Shown in pieces: positions 28,581-37,888 of a DNA stretch of 64,000 bases; the first letter of the stretch is position 1; each line of letters starts with the position of its first letter. A program made the translations under genes and the position numbers. The DNA is from Methanobacteriota archaeon. GTDB lineage: Archaea > Thermoplasmatota > E2 > DHVEG-1. The notes under the pieces are model-generated. The model searched no databases and was not told the origin of the DNA. It worked only from the letters and a program-made list of their open reading frames with translations. The DNA is taken from NCBI GenBank assembly GCA_043806635.1, contig JAZDGT010000033.1:24336-88335 (forward strand). The letters run 5' to 3'.

Positions 28581-28840
28581 TATTCATCAATACGTTAATG
28601 CGCATGAAAAAGATTATATAACACAATAACAGAATTTTCGCTGTTTTGTCCTACAGGCTTTTAACATATATTCCGTAATCCCTCCAGCGGCTTTACTAGG
28701 TCTTTTTTCAGAATAACGCTCTATATATTTTAGGTCAATGATACTTGTTAAAACCTTTTGATTTAATCCTTACCGAGTTGCTTGGTTCTTTCAGACGGAC
28801 AACAAAATGGTTATCCATCGGCTCGCTGTTTAAAGGATTT

Positions 28841-30004
28841 CTATTTCAACGATTTGGTTATCCTTTTTATAGCTTCGTCAATGTTTTCTAAGGATGTTGC
28901 ATACGAAAATCTGAGGTATCCTTCGCCGTATGGGCCAAAGGCAGTTCCAGGGAGCGCTGCGACTCCTGCTTTATAAAGGAGATGATTAGCGCATTCTTGG
29001 GAGTTCATACCTGTTTCTTTGATGTTGGGACAGGTGTAAAAGGCGCCTTTTGGTGAAAGGCAGTGAAAACCGGGGATGGAGTTTAATCCGTTGACGATTG
29101 CATTTCTTTTTTTAGTAAATCGGGTCATCATCTCGGTGATGAATCGTTGATCTCCGGTTAATGCTTCGATGCCTGCCCATTGTGTAAAGGCGGCTGTGCA
29201 GGAGAAAGCGCTTACGAGGAAATCTTGAAGTCGTTCTGCCATTTCGGGTGGGGCTATTATGTAGCCGAGTCGCCAGCCTGTCATCGCGTAGTATTTTGAA
29301 AATCCGTCTAATAAAATGGTTCTTTCTTTTGCTTCATCGCGGGCAGTGGGGGTATAGTGTTTGGTGTCGTCGTATGTCATTTTTGAGTATATTTCATCTG
29401 AGACAATGAAGATATCGTGTTCTTCTGCAAGTTCAGCAATTTCGTCTAGTTCGTTTTTTGTCATGACGGATCCGGTAGGGTTTTGGGGGGAGTTGATGAT
29501 AATGAGTTTTGTTTTTTCTGTTATCCTTTTTTTGATATCATCAGGGTTCATTCGGAACTCGTTTTCTTCTAAAAGCGGTATGGGTATTTGTGTTGCTCCG
29601 AGATATGACGTTACTGATCCGTATGTGGGATAGCCGGGGTCTTGATAGATGACCTCGTCGCTAGGGTTTACGGTGGCGAGCATGGAAAAAAAGATCCCTG
29701 GTTTTAGACCGGGGGTAATCACTACTTGCTCAAGATCGGGTCTGTATCCTCTGGTTTTTTCAATTTCGTCTTGGATCGCTGTTCGTAATTCCAATAACCC
29801 TGCAGGTGGAAGGTAATGTGTTTTTTTCTTTTGAATAGCTTTGATTCCGGCGTCAGCGATGTTTTTTGGGGTTTCTATGTCTGGTTCTCCGATTTCAAAA
29901 TGAAGGATGTTTTTCCCTTGTCGTTCTAGTTCTTGAGCTTTTGCGAGCACTTCAAAGGCTGCTTCTCCGTAGATCCTGTTTGCTCCTTTACTGAGTTGTG
30001 CCAT
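28841..30004 (-). CDS. Class I/II PLP-dependent aminotransferase (AspC family)
   Basis: PLP lysine context DGFSKYYAMTGWRLGY, 387 aa. Confidence 0.85.
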   Translation of the reverse strand: MAQLSKGANRIYGEAAFEVLAKAQELERQGKNILHFEIGEPDIETPKNIADAGIKAIQKKKTHYLPPAGLLELRTAIQDEIEKTRGYRPDLEQVVITPGLKPGIFFSMLATVNPSDEVIYQDPGYPTYGSVTSYLGATQIPIPLLEENEFRMNPDDIKKRITEKTKLIIINSPQNPTGSVMTKNELDEIAELAEEHDIFIVSDEIYSKMTYDDTKHYTPTARDEAKERTILLDGFSKYYAMTGWRLGYIIAPPEMAERLQDFLVSAFSCTAAFTQWAGIEALTGDQRFITEMMTRFTKKRNAIVNGLNSIPGFHCLSPKGAFYTCPNIKETGMNSQECANHLLYKAGVAALPGTAFGPYGEGYLRFSYATSLENIDEAIKRITKSLK

Positions 30005-30018
30005 AGTATCTCCTTTAG

Positions 30019-31842
30019 CTATTTGGTATATTTTTCAAGTCCGAGTTCTTTGATTTTTTCAGGGGTAGGTATGCCGTTGTTATCCCACCCGCGAAGTGTA
30101 TAGTACTCCTGCATACTGTGCTGAAACTCGCCCTCAGGTATAACAATGTTTTTTGCGGGTCCTTTGGTAAAATTATCGTTGAAGAACCGAGGCGGTAAGG
30201 TGTCGGTAGTTGAATCAAGTCCTTCTCTGAGGTTGAATAATCTGACGAGATTCCAGATTCGCTCCCCAGCTTTTAAATAACTTTGAACGGTATGGTCAAA
30301 TCCTGTTGCCAGGTTCCAGAGGGCTACACAGTCCTGTTCGGAAATAGGGGCGAAGTCACAGAGAACCAACGAAAAGAATGCTGCACGTTCGTCTTGTATC
30401 TTTTTTACTAACGCTGCTTTCTTGGTGAAGGAGAACCGTTGGTAATCCGGGTTGTTGAGTTCTGTAGTAACAGTCCATGCTCGTTGATGGCATCCTCCTC
30501 GATCAGATGTTGCATAGGCTAGGCCCATACCGAAGCTTCCGCGTGGATCGTACCCAGGGATTTCTAGTCCTTTCACATGCACGGCTAATTGTTCAGCTTG
30601 TTTACCGAGTTTCTGTGCCGCTGTCCGGACGCCTTCCGCAAGACTTGTGCAGACCCTTGTTTTTTTATAGGCAATATCTTCCATAAGTGTTGCTAACTCT
30701 TTGGTTTTACCCCAACCGATAGAAGTGCCTCCAAGATCTTCACGGGTGATGATGCCTTTTGTATATGCTTCAATAGTAAATCCGAGTACGCCACCAAGGG
30801 AGATGGAATCAAAACCAAGTTCATTACATCGTTTGTTGAGATAGGCGACTTCTTCGATGGTACGAATCCCAAGGTTCGAACCCATGAGCGCAATGGTCTC
30901 GTATTCTGGTCCTACAAGAGTTACTCCTTTGTAGGGCCCAGATTTTATAGAAGATTTATTCCAACACGCGATAATACAGTTAAAACAGGCGCCTCCCTTG
31001 TCAACAATACGGTTCTGCATCGACTCAGCGTTGATGGCTTCACCATGCTCGAAGGTTCCTTCTTGGTAGTTTCTTGTAGGGATAAATCCCCAGTCGTTGA
31101 CCGGTTTCACCAAGTAAGGAGTTCCAAATTTTCTTCGTATGGGAACAAAACCGTTATTCCGGATTTTTTGAAGGACTTCTTGTGCTTTCTCTTGGAATCC
31201 TTCTGCATCATGTACGGGGATTTTGTTGTTTCCGCGGAGCGCTATGGCTTTGAGGTTCTTGGATCCCATGACTGCTCCGGCTCCACCCCTTCCAGCGTGG
31301 CGATGTCCGTCTACGGTGATAGCTGAGAATTTAACAAGGTTTTCTCCTGCGGGCCCGATGAGCGCTGTTTTTACGTTTCCTTCTTGTCTTTGAAGCCATT
31401 CGTGGGTGTCCAAACATTCTTTTCCCCAGATGTCTTTGGCGTCTTTGAACTCGACGGCATCATTGTTGATTGTTATATATAGGGGTTTATCAGCTCGTCC
31501 GGTGAGGCTGATGATATCCCATCCTGCTTTTTTTTGTTCGACGGCAAAGCTTCCGCCGAAATGAGAATCTAGGAATAAACCGGTTTGTGGGGATTTGGTT
31601 ACTATAGTTCCCCGGCCAGAGGTTTGTGCTTTGGTTCCAGTGAGTGGTCCGGTGGTAAGCAGGAGTATGTTTTTTGGTGATAACGGCTCTGTTTTTCTTG
31701 GAAGGTTATCAAAGAGAAGTTTGGCTCCTAGTCCTTTTGCTCCTATGAATTGTTTAGCATCATGGAGATCGGTTTTTTGGGTTGCTATGGTACGGTTCGT
31801 AAGATGTATCGTGAGTATGTTGCCTGTGTATCCCCCAGTCAT
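30019..31842 (-). CDS. aor: Aldehyde:ferredoxin oxidoreductase (tungsten-containing AOR family)
   Basis: N-terminal MTGGYTGNILTIHLT… AOR_N domain, 607 aa, typical AOR length and motifs. Confidence 0.85.
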   Translation of the reverse strand: MTGGYTGNILTIHLTNRTIATQKTDLHDAKQFIGAKGLGAKLLFDNLPRKTEPLSPKNILLLTTGPLTGTKAQTSGRGTIVTKSPQTGLFLDSHFGGSFAVEQKKAGWDIISLTGRADKPLYITINNDAVEFKDAKDIWGKECLDTHEWLQRQEGNVKTALIGPAGENLVKFSAITVDGHRHAGRGGAGAVMGSKNLKAIALRGNNKIPVHDAEGFQEKAQEVLQKIRNNGFVPIRRKFGTPYLVKPVNDWGFIPTRNYQEGTFEHGEAINAESMQNRIVDKGGACFNCIIACWNKSSIKSGPYKGVTLVGPEYETIALMGSNLGIRTIEEVAYLNKRCNELGFDSISLGGVLGFTIEAYTKGIITREDLGGTSIGWGKTKELATLMEDIAYKKTRVCTSLAEGVRTAAQKLGKQAEQLAVHVKGLEIPGYDPRGSFGMGLAYATSDRGGCHQRAWTVTTELNNPDYQRFSFTKKAALVKKIQDERAAFFSLVLCDFAPISEQDCVALWNLATGFDHTVQSYLKAGERIWNLVRLFNLREGLDSTTDTLPPRFFNDNFTKGPAKNIVIPEGEFQHSMQEYYTLRGWDNNGIPTPEKIKELGLEKYTK

Positions 31843-31846
31843 ACGT

Positions 31847-32926
31847 TCACACTTCTTTCATCTCAACACTATTCTTTTTATTCGGTTGTTTCTTTTGTGA
31901 GATGCGATTAATCGTGAGAAGATCTATAAGAAGGGCAAATCCTGTTTGGCGGCGACCTGCACCGGGTCCGACGATAGTAACTGGTCCTAGTTCATCGGTT
32001 AGGTAGGTTAACGCGTTTGTGGCATCGTTTATTCCTGTAAGTGGGTCGCTGAGTGGTAGTTTTTCTGGCCATACTTTGGCTTTCACAGAACCATCGCGTT
32101 GTATCTCAGCGTTGCCGATGAGTTTCCATCGTTTTCCTTCTGTTTTTGCTGCGGCGATATCTTTTGTGGTGATTTCGGCGATGCCTTTTCTTTGGACGTC
32201 GTCCCAGCTGATTTTTTTTCCTAATACGACCGTGGTTAAAATAACTACTTTTCCTAGCGTGTCCCATCCTTCGACGTCTCCGGTGGGGTCTGCTTCTGCG
32301 TATCCTAATTGTTGGGCTTTTTGTAACGCGTCCTCATAGGACATTCCTTCTTCCATGCGAGTGAGAATATAGTTGGTGGTTCCGTTGAGGATGCCTTTGA
32401 ATCCGGTGATGATATTCCCTGCGAGAGTGTAGTGGGCAAGGTTTAAGGCGGGGGTGCCTGCTAGGACAACGCCTTCGAATCCGTAGTGGACATGGTTTGC
32501 CTCAGCTATCTTAAGTAATTCTTTTGCTTGTTTAATGACGGGTCCTTTGTTTGATGATACGACGTGTTTGCCGTGTTGGAGGGCGGTTTTTACGTGTGTT
32601 ATTGCTGGTTCTCCTGTTTTGACGTCGGTGAAGGTAACCTCAATGATGGTATCTGCGTTGGTTTCGGTAATCGTCTTTAGACTATTCATTCCTTTTATTC
32701 CGGTAGGGTATTCATCCAGTTTTTTGTTGTTCTTCACAAGGTTCAGTATTTTGTGTAAGTCAAGGCCGTGTTCGTCATAGACTGATCCTTTTTGGATATC
32801 AGAAATGGCAACGACGGTGTAGTGGAAATCATAGGTTTTCGCCAGCATGTCTTTTTTTTCAAGTAATATTTCGGTGAGTCCTTGTGCAACCGTCCCGTAT
32901 CCGATAAAGGCGATGTGGAATTGCAT
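31847..32926 (-). CDS. hom: Homoserine dehydrogenase
   Basis: N-terminal GYGTVAQG NAD-binding motif. Catalytic-domain motifs GILNGTTNYIL and LGYAEADPTGDVEGWD. Confidence 0.8.
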   Translation of the reverse strand: MQFHIAFIGYGTVAQGLTEILLEKKDMLAKTYDFHYTVVAISDIQKGSVYDEHGLDLHKILNLVKNNKKLDEYPTGIKGMNSLKTITETNADTIIEVTFTDVKTGEPAITHVKTALQHGKHVVSSNKGPVIKQAKELLKIAEANHVHYGFEGVVLAGTPALNLAHYTLAGNIITGFKGILNGTTNYILTRMEEGMSYEDALQKAQQLGYAEADPTGDVEGWDTLGKVVILTTVVLGKKISWDDVQRKGIAEITTKDIAAAKTEGKRWKLIGNAEIQRDGSVKAKVWPEKLPLSDPLTGINDATNALTYLTDELGPVTIVGPGAGRRQTGFALLIDLLTINRISQKKQPNKKNSVEMKEV

Positions 32927-32928
32927 GG

Positions 32929-34248
32929 TTATGTCCTCTGGTGATGAAGATGTGGAGCTGCAACGAACGTTAGTCCTCGCTCTGTAAGTGCGCGAGCGGT
33001 GTTATTGATTGCTTCATGTTTGTCAAGGTAGTTTCTTAGGAGATGAGGCATGAGTTTTTTTTCTTCGATTTCGTTTTTAGGTAGGAAATAGTCGAGGATG
33101 TCGGAGGGGTGTTCTCTTTTGCTGTCTATTTTGATTTCTCCTCCTTCGTGTTTGGCGCTCATATTTTTTACATGTGTTGCGAGTTCGAGGATTTCTTCAC
33201 GTCGGTCATAGGGTTGGACGACGATGCTTTTGTATGTTTCTAAGATATGGTGTTCAAACCGTACGTAGTCTTCTAACCCCAGAGAGTGTCGTATCTCGTT
33301 ACTGAGGTCGATGGTGGTGTTGTTGACTGAGTTTGAGAAGTTAAATCCTACGAGTGATGTAGAGCCGTCTTCTCGTGAGAAGAAGCGGGCGGCCATTAGC
33401 GTCCAGAATATGGCGTAGGGGTTGTCGTTTCCCATGTATACGGAGATTTTGAATTCTATGTTGATTTCGAGTTTGTGGAGGAGGTAGCCTAGGAAGATTG
33501 TTCCTGGGTTGATGTTGAGGACTTGTTTCACTCCGTAGTTGGTGTAGTAGTAGAGGAATTCGTCTACCCATTTGAGGGGGTAGTCATTTGGTTGGCCGAC
33601 TCCTCCGAAGTAGCCGGTTATGGTTTCTGGTCCGCCCAAGTGGACGTTGGAGCCGTCTGTTCCTCTGGTATCGAGGGTTTCACACCAGCTCGCTCCGATG
33701 ATTTGCATGGCTGCGGTCATGGCGAGGAGGTCGTCGTCTTCTTCTTGTTCTTTCATGCAGCGAACGCGGATGAAGCGACCGGGCATGAGTTCTCCGTTTT
33801 TTACTGCTTGTCGGGCTTGGGTCATAAAGAAAGGGAAGTATTGGCAGGCGCTGATTTCTAAGGTAACGGCAAAATCCTCGTTGAATTCCATGTCTTTGAT
33901 TTTATCGCCTAGGATTTTTCTGCGGTAGTCGTTTATGGTGATAAAGGCTTTTTTACCTCGTTGTTCTAGTAGCCATTGGAGATCGTTGTAGTAGGGTGAG
34001 TTTTTTTGTTTTAGTCGTGTCATGAGGTTTTCGATTTTTCCTGCTTCGTTGGCTTTTCGGTTGATTTCTTCAGGGCCGCCGTATTTGTCGATTATTGATA
34101 GGAATTTGTTTATGATTTTGTTGTCTGGGTGTGTTAAAAAAGAGTTTATTTCTTCAAGTCTTTTTTTTTCGATGGCTAGTTTGTTTCGGATATCCGTAGG
34201 CATGTTTTGTTCCTCCCCTTTTTTTATTTGTTTATGTCTGGGAAGCAA
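32929..34248 (-). CDS. Hypothetical conserved protein (439 aa), co-directional and tightly packed with hom, aor and the aminotransferase
   Basis: Stop-to-start spacing of 2 nt to hom. No recognisable motif. Confidence 0.45.
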   Translation of the reverse strand: MLPRHKQIKKGEEQNMPTDIRNKLAIEKKRLEEINSFLTHPDNKIINKFLSIIDKYGGPEEINRKANEAGKIENLMTRLKQKNSPYYNDLQWLLEQRGKKAFITINDYRRKILGDKIKDMEFNEDFAVTLEISACQYFPFFMTQARQAVKNGELMPGRFIRVRCMKEQEEDDDLLAMTAAMQIIGASWCETLDTRGTDGSNVHLGGPETITGYFGGVGQPNDYPLKWVDEFLYYYTNYGVKQVLNINPGTIFLGYLLHKLEINIEFKISVYMGNDNPYAIFWTLMAARFFSREDGSTSLVGFNFSNSVNNTTIDLSNEIRHSLGLEDYVRFEHHILETYKSIVVQPYDRREEILELATHVKNMSAKHEGGEIKIDSKREHPSDILDYFLPKNEIEEKKLMPHLLRNYLDKHEAINNTARALTERGLTFVAAPHLHHQRT

Positions 34249-34600
34249 ATCAGGCAGCGTTATAAATAATGTTTGGTTTTCCTGAAAAGTAGTTTGATTT
34301 TTGTGTCTGCACGTTAGAGTTCTATTTGTTGCTGTTGTTCTATATAAATTGTAAACATATTTTAATTTTTATGGAAATATTTAAATTAAAATGATGGATG
34401 CTTAAAGTAGAATGGGGGAGGAAAAATTTATATTAAAAAAAATGAGTTATTGAGAAAAAGTTTGGTATTAGGAATAGTAACACTGTTTGTTGAAATGAAT
34501 AGTGCATCGACCACAAGCAATGGTACCACTACCTTTGAAGGGTTTGTCAATAAAAATAATTATCTATAAAATTTGAAGTATCAAAAAATGAAAAAACTGC

Positions 34601-34745
34601 TCAACAGGTATAAAAACAAATTTTTTACCAGTAAAACGGAGTCGAAATCCCACTCCCCGCGCTAATTATTAGCACGGTTAGTTAACGGAAGGGAAATACA
34701 ATTTTTTTATAGTAAATTGACGCTCAAATCCCGACGGGATCATCC
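34601..34745 (+). repeat. Cassette-boundary repeat, copy b, fused to a 105-nt direct repeat of the tRNA-Ser 3' end and its downstream flank
   Basis: 34639-34745 is about 75-85% identical to 26631-26735 (ggagt(t)c(g/a)aaatc…ccccgcgctaattatta(g/a)cacggtta(g/t)ttaac…). The left arm 34601-34638 matches copies a, c and d. Confidence 0.6.
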
Positions 34746-35118
34746 GGTCATTTTTTCTCCTGTAGAAAAATTGTAAAAATGTAGTTTTCTTCTATAAAAG
34801 TGATGGAGGGGGCTTTGTCCCCGAAATGTAGCTATTCCCGATGATTTTAGAGGATATACATTTTGATGAGTATTAATTTTTTAGGTAATTTTTTCCAGGA
34901 GAAATCCTCCGAGATTATAACGAATATTTCCCTTTTAATTACCAAAATATGAGTTCAGTGAAAACACATCTGTTGGCCAGGGAAAAAAAGTTTTAAGGAT
35001 AATCCGCATAAGCGAAAGAAATATTATCGATGTTTCCTGCAACAGTTGACGGTTAAGAGGAGATTTGAATCACTGAGGAAATATCTGGAATTGGTTGTGA
35101 TTCTCGCTATGTTTTCAC

Positions 35119-35394
35119 TTAAATGTTTTTTGATCTGAGTTCATCTTGAATATTGCGAGCCCGTATTTTCCATATCACTATTACTATTTTTAAAACAGAT
35201 AAAATAAAAATAACTGTTGCTGCTATCACTATAAAATATTCTCTACGTATAAAGGCTAGGTAGAAAATACAGCTAATAATAACCAAAGTTATGAGAGATA
35301 TTGCTAATGTCGTCTTTTCCCTTATCGTAATCTGAGCTACCTCTTTTGAAGTCGTATCAGGGCTATATTTCAGCATAAAAATATCGAACAACAT
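35119..35394 (-). CDS. Small membrane protein (doubtful)
   Basis: 91-aa hydrophobic ORF, AT-rich region. Confidence 0.25.
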   Translation of the reverse strand: MLFDIFMLKYSPDTTSKEVAQITIREKTTLAISLITLVIISCIFYLAFIRREYFIVIAATVIFILSVLKIVIVIWKIRARNIQDELRSKNI

Positions 35395-35558
35395 CTTTCT
35401 TTGAGGTTATAAAATTTTCTCTTGCCATTCATTGTTCTGTGGTAATTTTTTAGATATTCAAATCAATAGGTTATCAACTTTGTTTGAAAAATCTGAGAAT
35501 AGTAACTTTTATATTACGGGTTAGATTTTCTGTCAAGGGAGCGTTATGAGGAGAAAAA

Positions 35559-36095
35559 ATGAGGCAAGATAAAAAAATACATAAAAGGGATATCGTGGTA
35601 CTTGTTTCAGCTCTCTTCATATTTTGGGTCTTGTTAACATCTGACTTTTCGTATTTTTCATTAATTTTGGGAATATGCGTTTCAATTTCGATTGGTTTGG
35701 TTTCTACGAAGTTTGTAATTACTGATGTAAAAGGTAGACGGAAAACATTCAAGGAATATTTCTTTGCGATTGAACATCTGGTTGGTATAGTTACCACTAC
35801 AATATTCAGGATAATTATTGCGAATGGCCAATTGATATATCAAGCAGTAACGCTGAAGATTTATCCAAAAATTGTAAGGGTTAAGGTTAATTTGAGATCC
35901 GATGTCGAACTGACAATACTCTCTCATTTGATAACACTCACACCCGGAACACTAGTTATCGATATACAAGATGCAGAAGACGGTGGTTCATACTTATATG
36001 TTCATTTTTCGTACTTGAAGGCTAAGCATTTGGGAAAATATATAGAAAATACCATTGGGCAATGGGATAAAATGATAGGAGCGTTATTTAAATGA
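35559..36095 (+). CDS. mrpE: Mrp/Mnh-type cation:proton antiporter subunit E
   Basis: First gene of an overlapping 8-ORF operon. N-terminal 2 TM and size typical of MrpE. Confidence 0.55.
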   Translation: MRQDKKIHKRDIVVLVSALFIFWVLLTSDFSYFSLILGICVSISIGLVSTKFVITDVKGRRKTFKEYFFAIEHLVGIVTTTIFRIIIANGQLIYQAVTLKIYPKIVRVKVNLRSDVELTILSHLITLTPGTLVIDIQDAEDGGSYLYVHFSYLKAKHLGKYIENTIGQWDKMIGALFK

Positions 36096-36343
36096 TGATC
36101 TTCGTGTATGTATTGTTAATCACTGCGATATTATCGTCGTATCGTTTATTTGTTGGACCGACTATACAAGATAGGCTTGTCTCTTTGAGCTGTGTTTCAG
36201 TGATACTTATCATTATTTTAATAATTCTTAGCATTCATTACAATCAAATGTTTTATCTTGATATAGCTATAACATTTCTTTTACTGGATTTTGTCGGCAC
36301 GATAGCATTCACAACGTATCTTGGACGAGAGGAGACAAAATGA
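36092..36343 (+). CDS. mrpF: Mrp antiporter subunit F
   Basis: 83 aa, 3 TM, ATGA overlap with mrpE. Confidence 0.55.
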   Translation: MMIFVYVLLITAILSSYRLFVGPTIQDRLVSLSCVSVILIIILIILSIHYNQMFYLDIAITFLLLDFVGTIAFTTYLGREETK

Positions 36344-36699
36344 ATATTATTTTGGAATTGCTGTCTCTTCTCTTTATATCTATAGGATGCTTTGTGATGT
36401 TATCTGCTGCTCTTGGTTTATATCGCTTTCCCGACATTTACATGCGTTTACACTCAAGTACAAAAGTGAACACTGGCGGTGCAATGACATTACTTTTTGG
36501 ATTAATGCTTAGAACTGGTATAAGCGCTCTGTCAGCAAAGATTTTTATTATAATAGCACTTATATTTATCCTGACTCCTGTTGTTTCTCATGCGATTGCT
36601 CGATCTGCGCATTTACAAAGTAAAACACCGATAATTTCTTTTGAAGCACATCCGAAGAAAAAATATGAGTATCATGATTTCTTTAGGAGAAAACAATGA
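36340..36699 (+). CDS. mrpG: Mrp antiporter subunit G
   Basis: MnhG signature LGLYRFPDIYMRLHSSTKVNTGG. Confidence 0.75.
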   Translation: MNIILELLSLLFISIGCFVMLSAALGLYRFPDIYMRLHSSTKVNTGGAMTLLFGLMLRTGISALSAKIFIIIALIFILTPVVSHAIARSAHLQSKTPIISFEAHPKKKYEYHDFFRRKQ

Positions 36700-36926
36700 T
36701 TGAACAAGTTCTTTTGATTTCCTTGGTAATCTTTTCGATTCTTGTTGTAGTGGAAAAACAATTATTGAGATCAGTAGTATTCCTGGCCTCAAGTACTGTA
36801 CTGCTTGTTGTACTATTGTTTCTTTTACAGGCACCTGATGTTGCGATAACAATGGCTGTGGTTGGTACTGGCGCAACAACCATCCTTTATCTCACAGTGA
36901 TTAAGAAAGTAGGTGGATTAAAATGA
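36696..36926 (+). CDS. Small Mrp membrane subunit (MrpB-N/DUF4040-like)
   Basis: 76 aa, 2-3 TM, overlapping stop/start in the operon. Confidence 0.4.
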   Translation: MIEQVLLISLVIFSILVVVEKQLLRSVVFLASSTVLLVVLLFLLQAPDVAITMAVVGTGATTILYLTVIKKVGGLK

Positions 36927-37192
36927 AAATGGATATAGTGGGGAAGTTTGCGGTGGCTTGCATCCTATCACTTTTTGGAATAATCATTATTTCATCTACG
37001 ATGCTTACATATTCCACCACCTTAACTTCAGAGATATCGGAATATTGTCTAGAAAATTTGTTCCTTACCGGTGCAATAAATGCTGTCTGCGCGATTTTAT
37101 TGGATTTTAGAGCATATGACACTCTAGGGGAGATTTTGATCATATTTGTTACTATTTCTGGGGTTATGCTGCTGGCAGGGAGGCGAAGATGA
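36923..37192 (+). CDS. Small Mrp membrane subunit
   Basis: 89 aa, hydrophobic, in-operon. Confidence 0.4.
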   Translation: MKMDIVGKFAVACILSLFGIIIISSTMLTYSTTLTSEISEYCLENLFLTGAINAVCAILLDFRAYDTLGEILIIFVTISGVMLLAGRRR

Positions 37193-37572
37193 CTTCCAGA
37201 ATCGTTAAAACAGCAGCAAGAGCACTTTTCCCGTTTATATTGCTGTTAGGGATTTATATTATCTTTTATGGCCATTTATCACCCGGTGGAGGCTTTCAGG
37301 GTGGTGTCATTTTAGCAATGGCAGTACTATTAGTTATTATAGTATATGGGGGAAGCAGAGTTCAAAAATTTATTCCATATCTCTCTTTTGTAGAGATTGC
37401 TGGTGTAACTTTATTCATTATTGTTGGAATATCGGGTATTGTCAGTGGAAAACAATTTTTAACAAATCTCGGTACGATCCCTTTACTGAACATTGTAATT
37501 GGTTTAAAGGTATTTGCGGGTTTAGTTTTAATGTATATATTTCTCATTAGATGGGAGTTGAAAAATGATTAA
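37189..37572 (+). CDS. mrpB: Mrp antiporter subunit B-like
   Basis: 127 aa, 4 TM, position preceding the mrpC-like gene. Confidence 0.5.
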   Translation: MTSRIVKTAARALFPFILLLGIYIIFYGHLSPGGGFQGGVILAMAVLLVIIVYGGSRVQKFIPYLSFVEIAGVTLFIIVGISGIVSGKQFLTNLGTIPLLNIVIGLKVFAGLVLMYIFLIRWELKND

Positions 37573-37888
37573 TGGATTTAACATAGGGATCATTCTTTTT
37601 TTGATAGGTTTGTATGGTATTATCACCAATAAAAACGTAATTAAAATAATTATGTCAATGGGCATAATGGGAAATGGTGTTGTGTTATTTTTCATCTCAT
37701 TAGGATATGTTGTTGACAGCGCAGCACCAATCCTGACATCGGGAGTTGAAAACATTGTTGATCCATTACCTCAGGCGCTCATGCTTACTATGATTGTAAT
37801 AAATCTGTGCATGACTGCACTAGCTTTAACTATTGTCGTCTGGCTTTATCATGAATTTGGCACCTTAGATTTGGGAGAGATGAGATGA
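37565..37888 (+). CDS. mrpC: Mrp antiporter subunit C (NuoK-like)
   Basis: 107 aa, 3 TM, NuoK/MnhC-like. Confidence 0.6.
   Translation: MINGFNIGIILFLIGLYGIITNKNVIKIIMSMGIMGNGVVLFFISLGYVVDSAAPILTSGVENIVDPLPQALMLTMIVINLCMTALALTIVVWLYHEFGTLDLGEMR

Noticed and set aside
34250-35118. 870-nt gene-poor AT-rich spacer after the metabolic cassette, considered as a possible ncRNA locus
   Set aside because: Apart from repeat copy b and the 105-nt tRNA-flank duplication it contains, no convincing secondary structure or conserved motif could be seen by eye. It is left unannotated.
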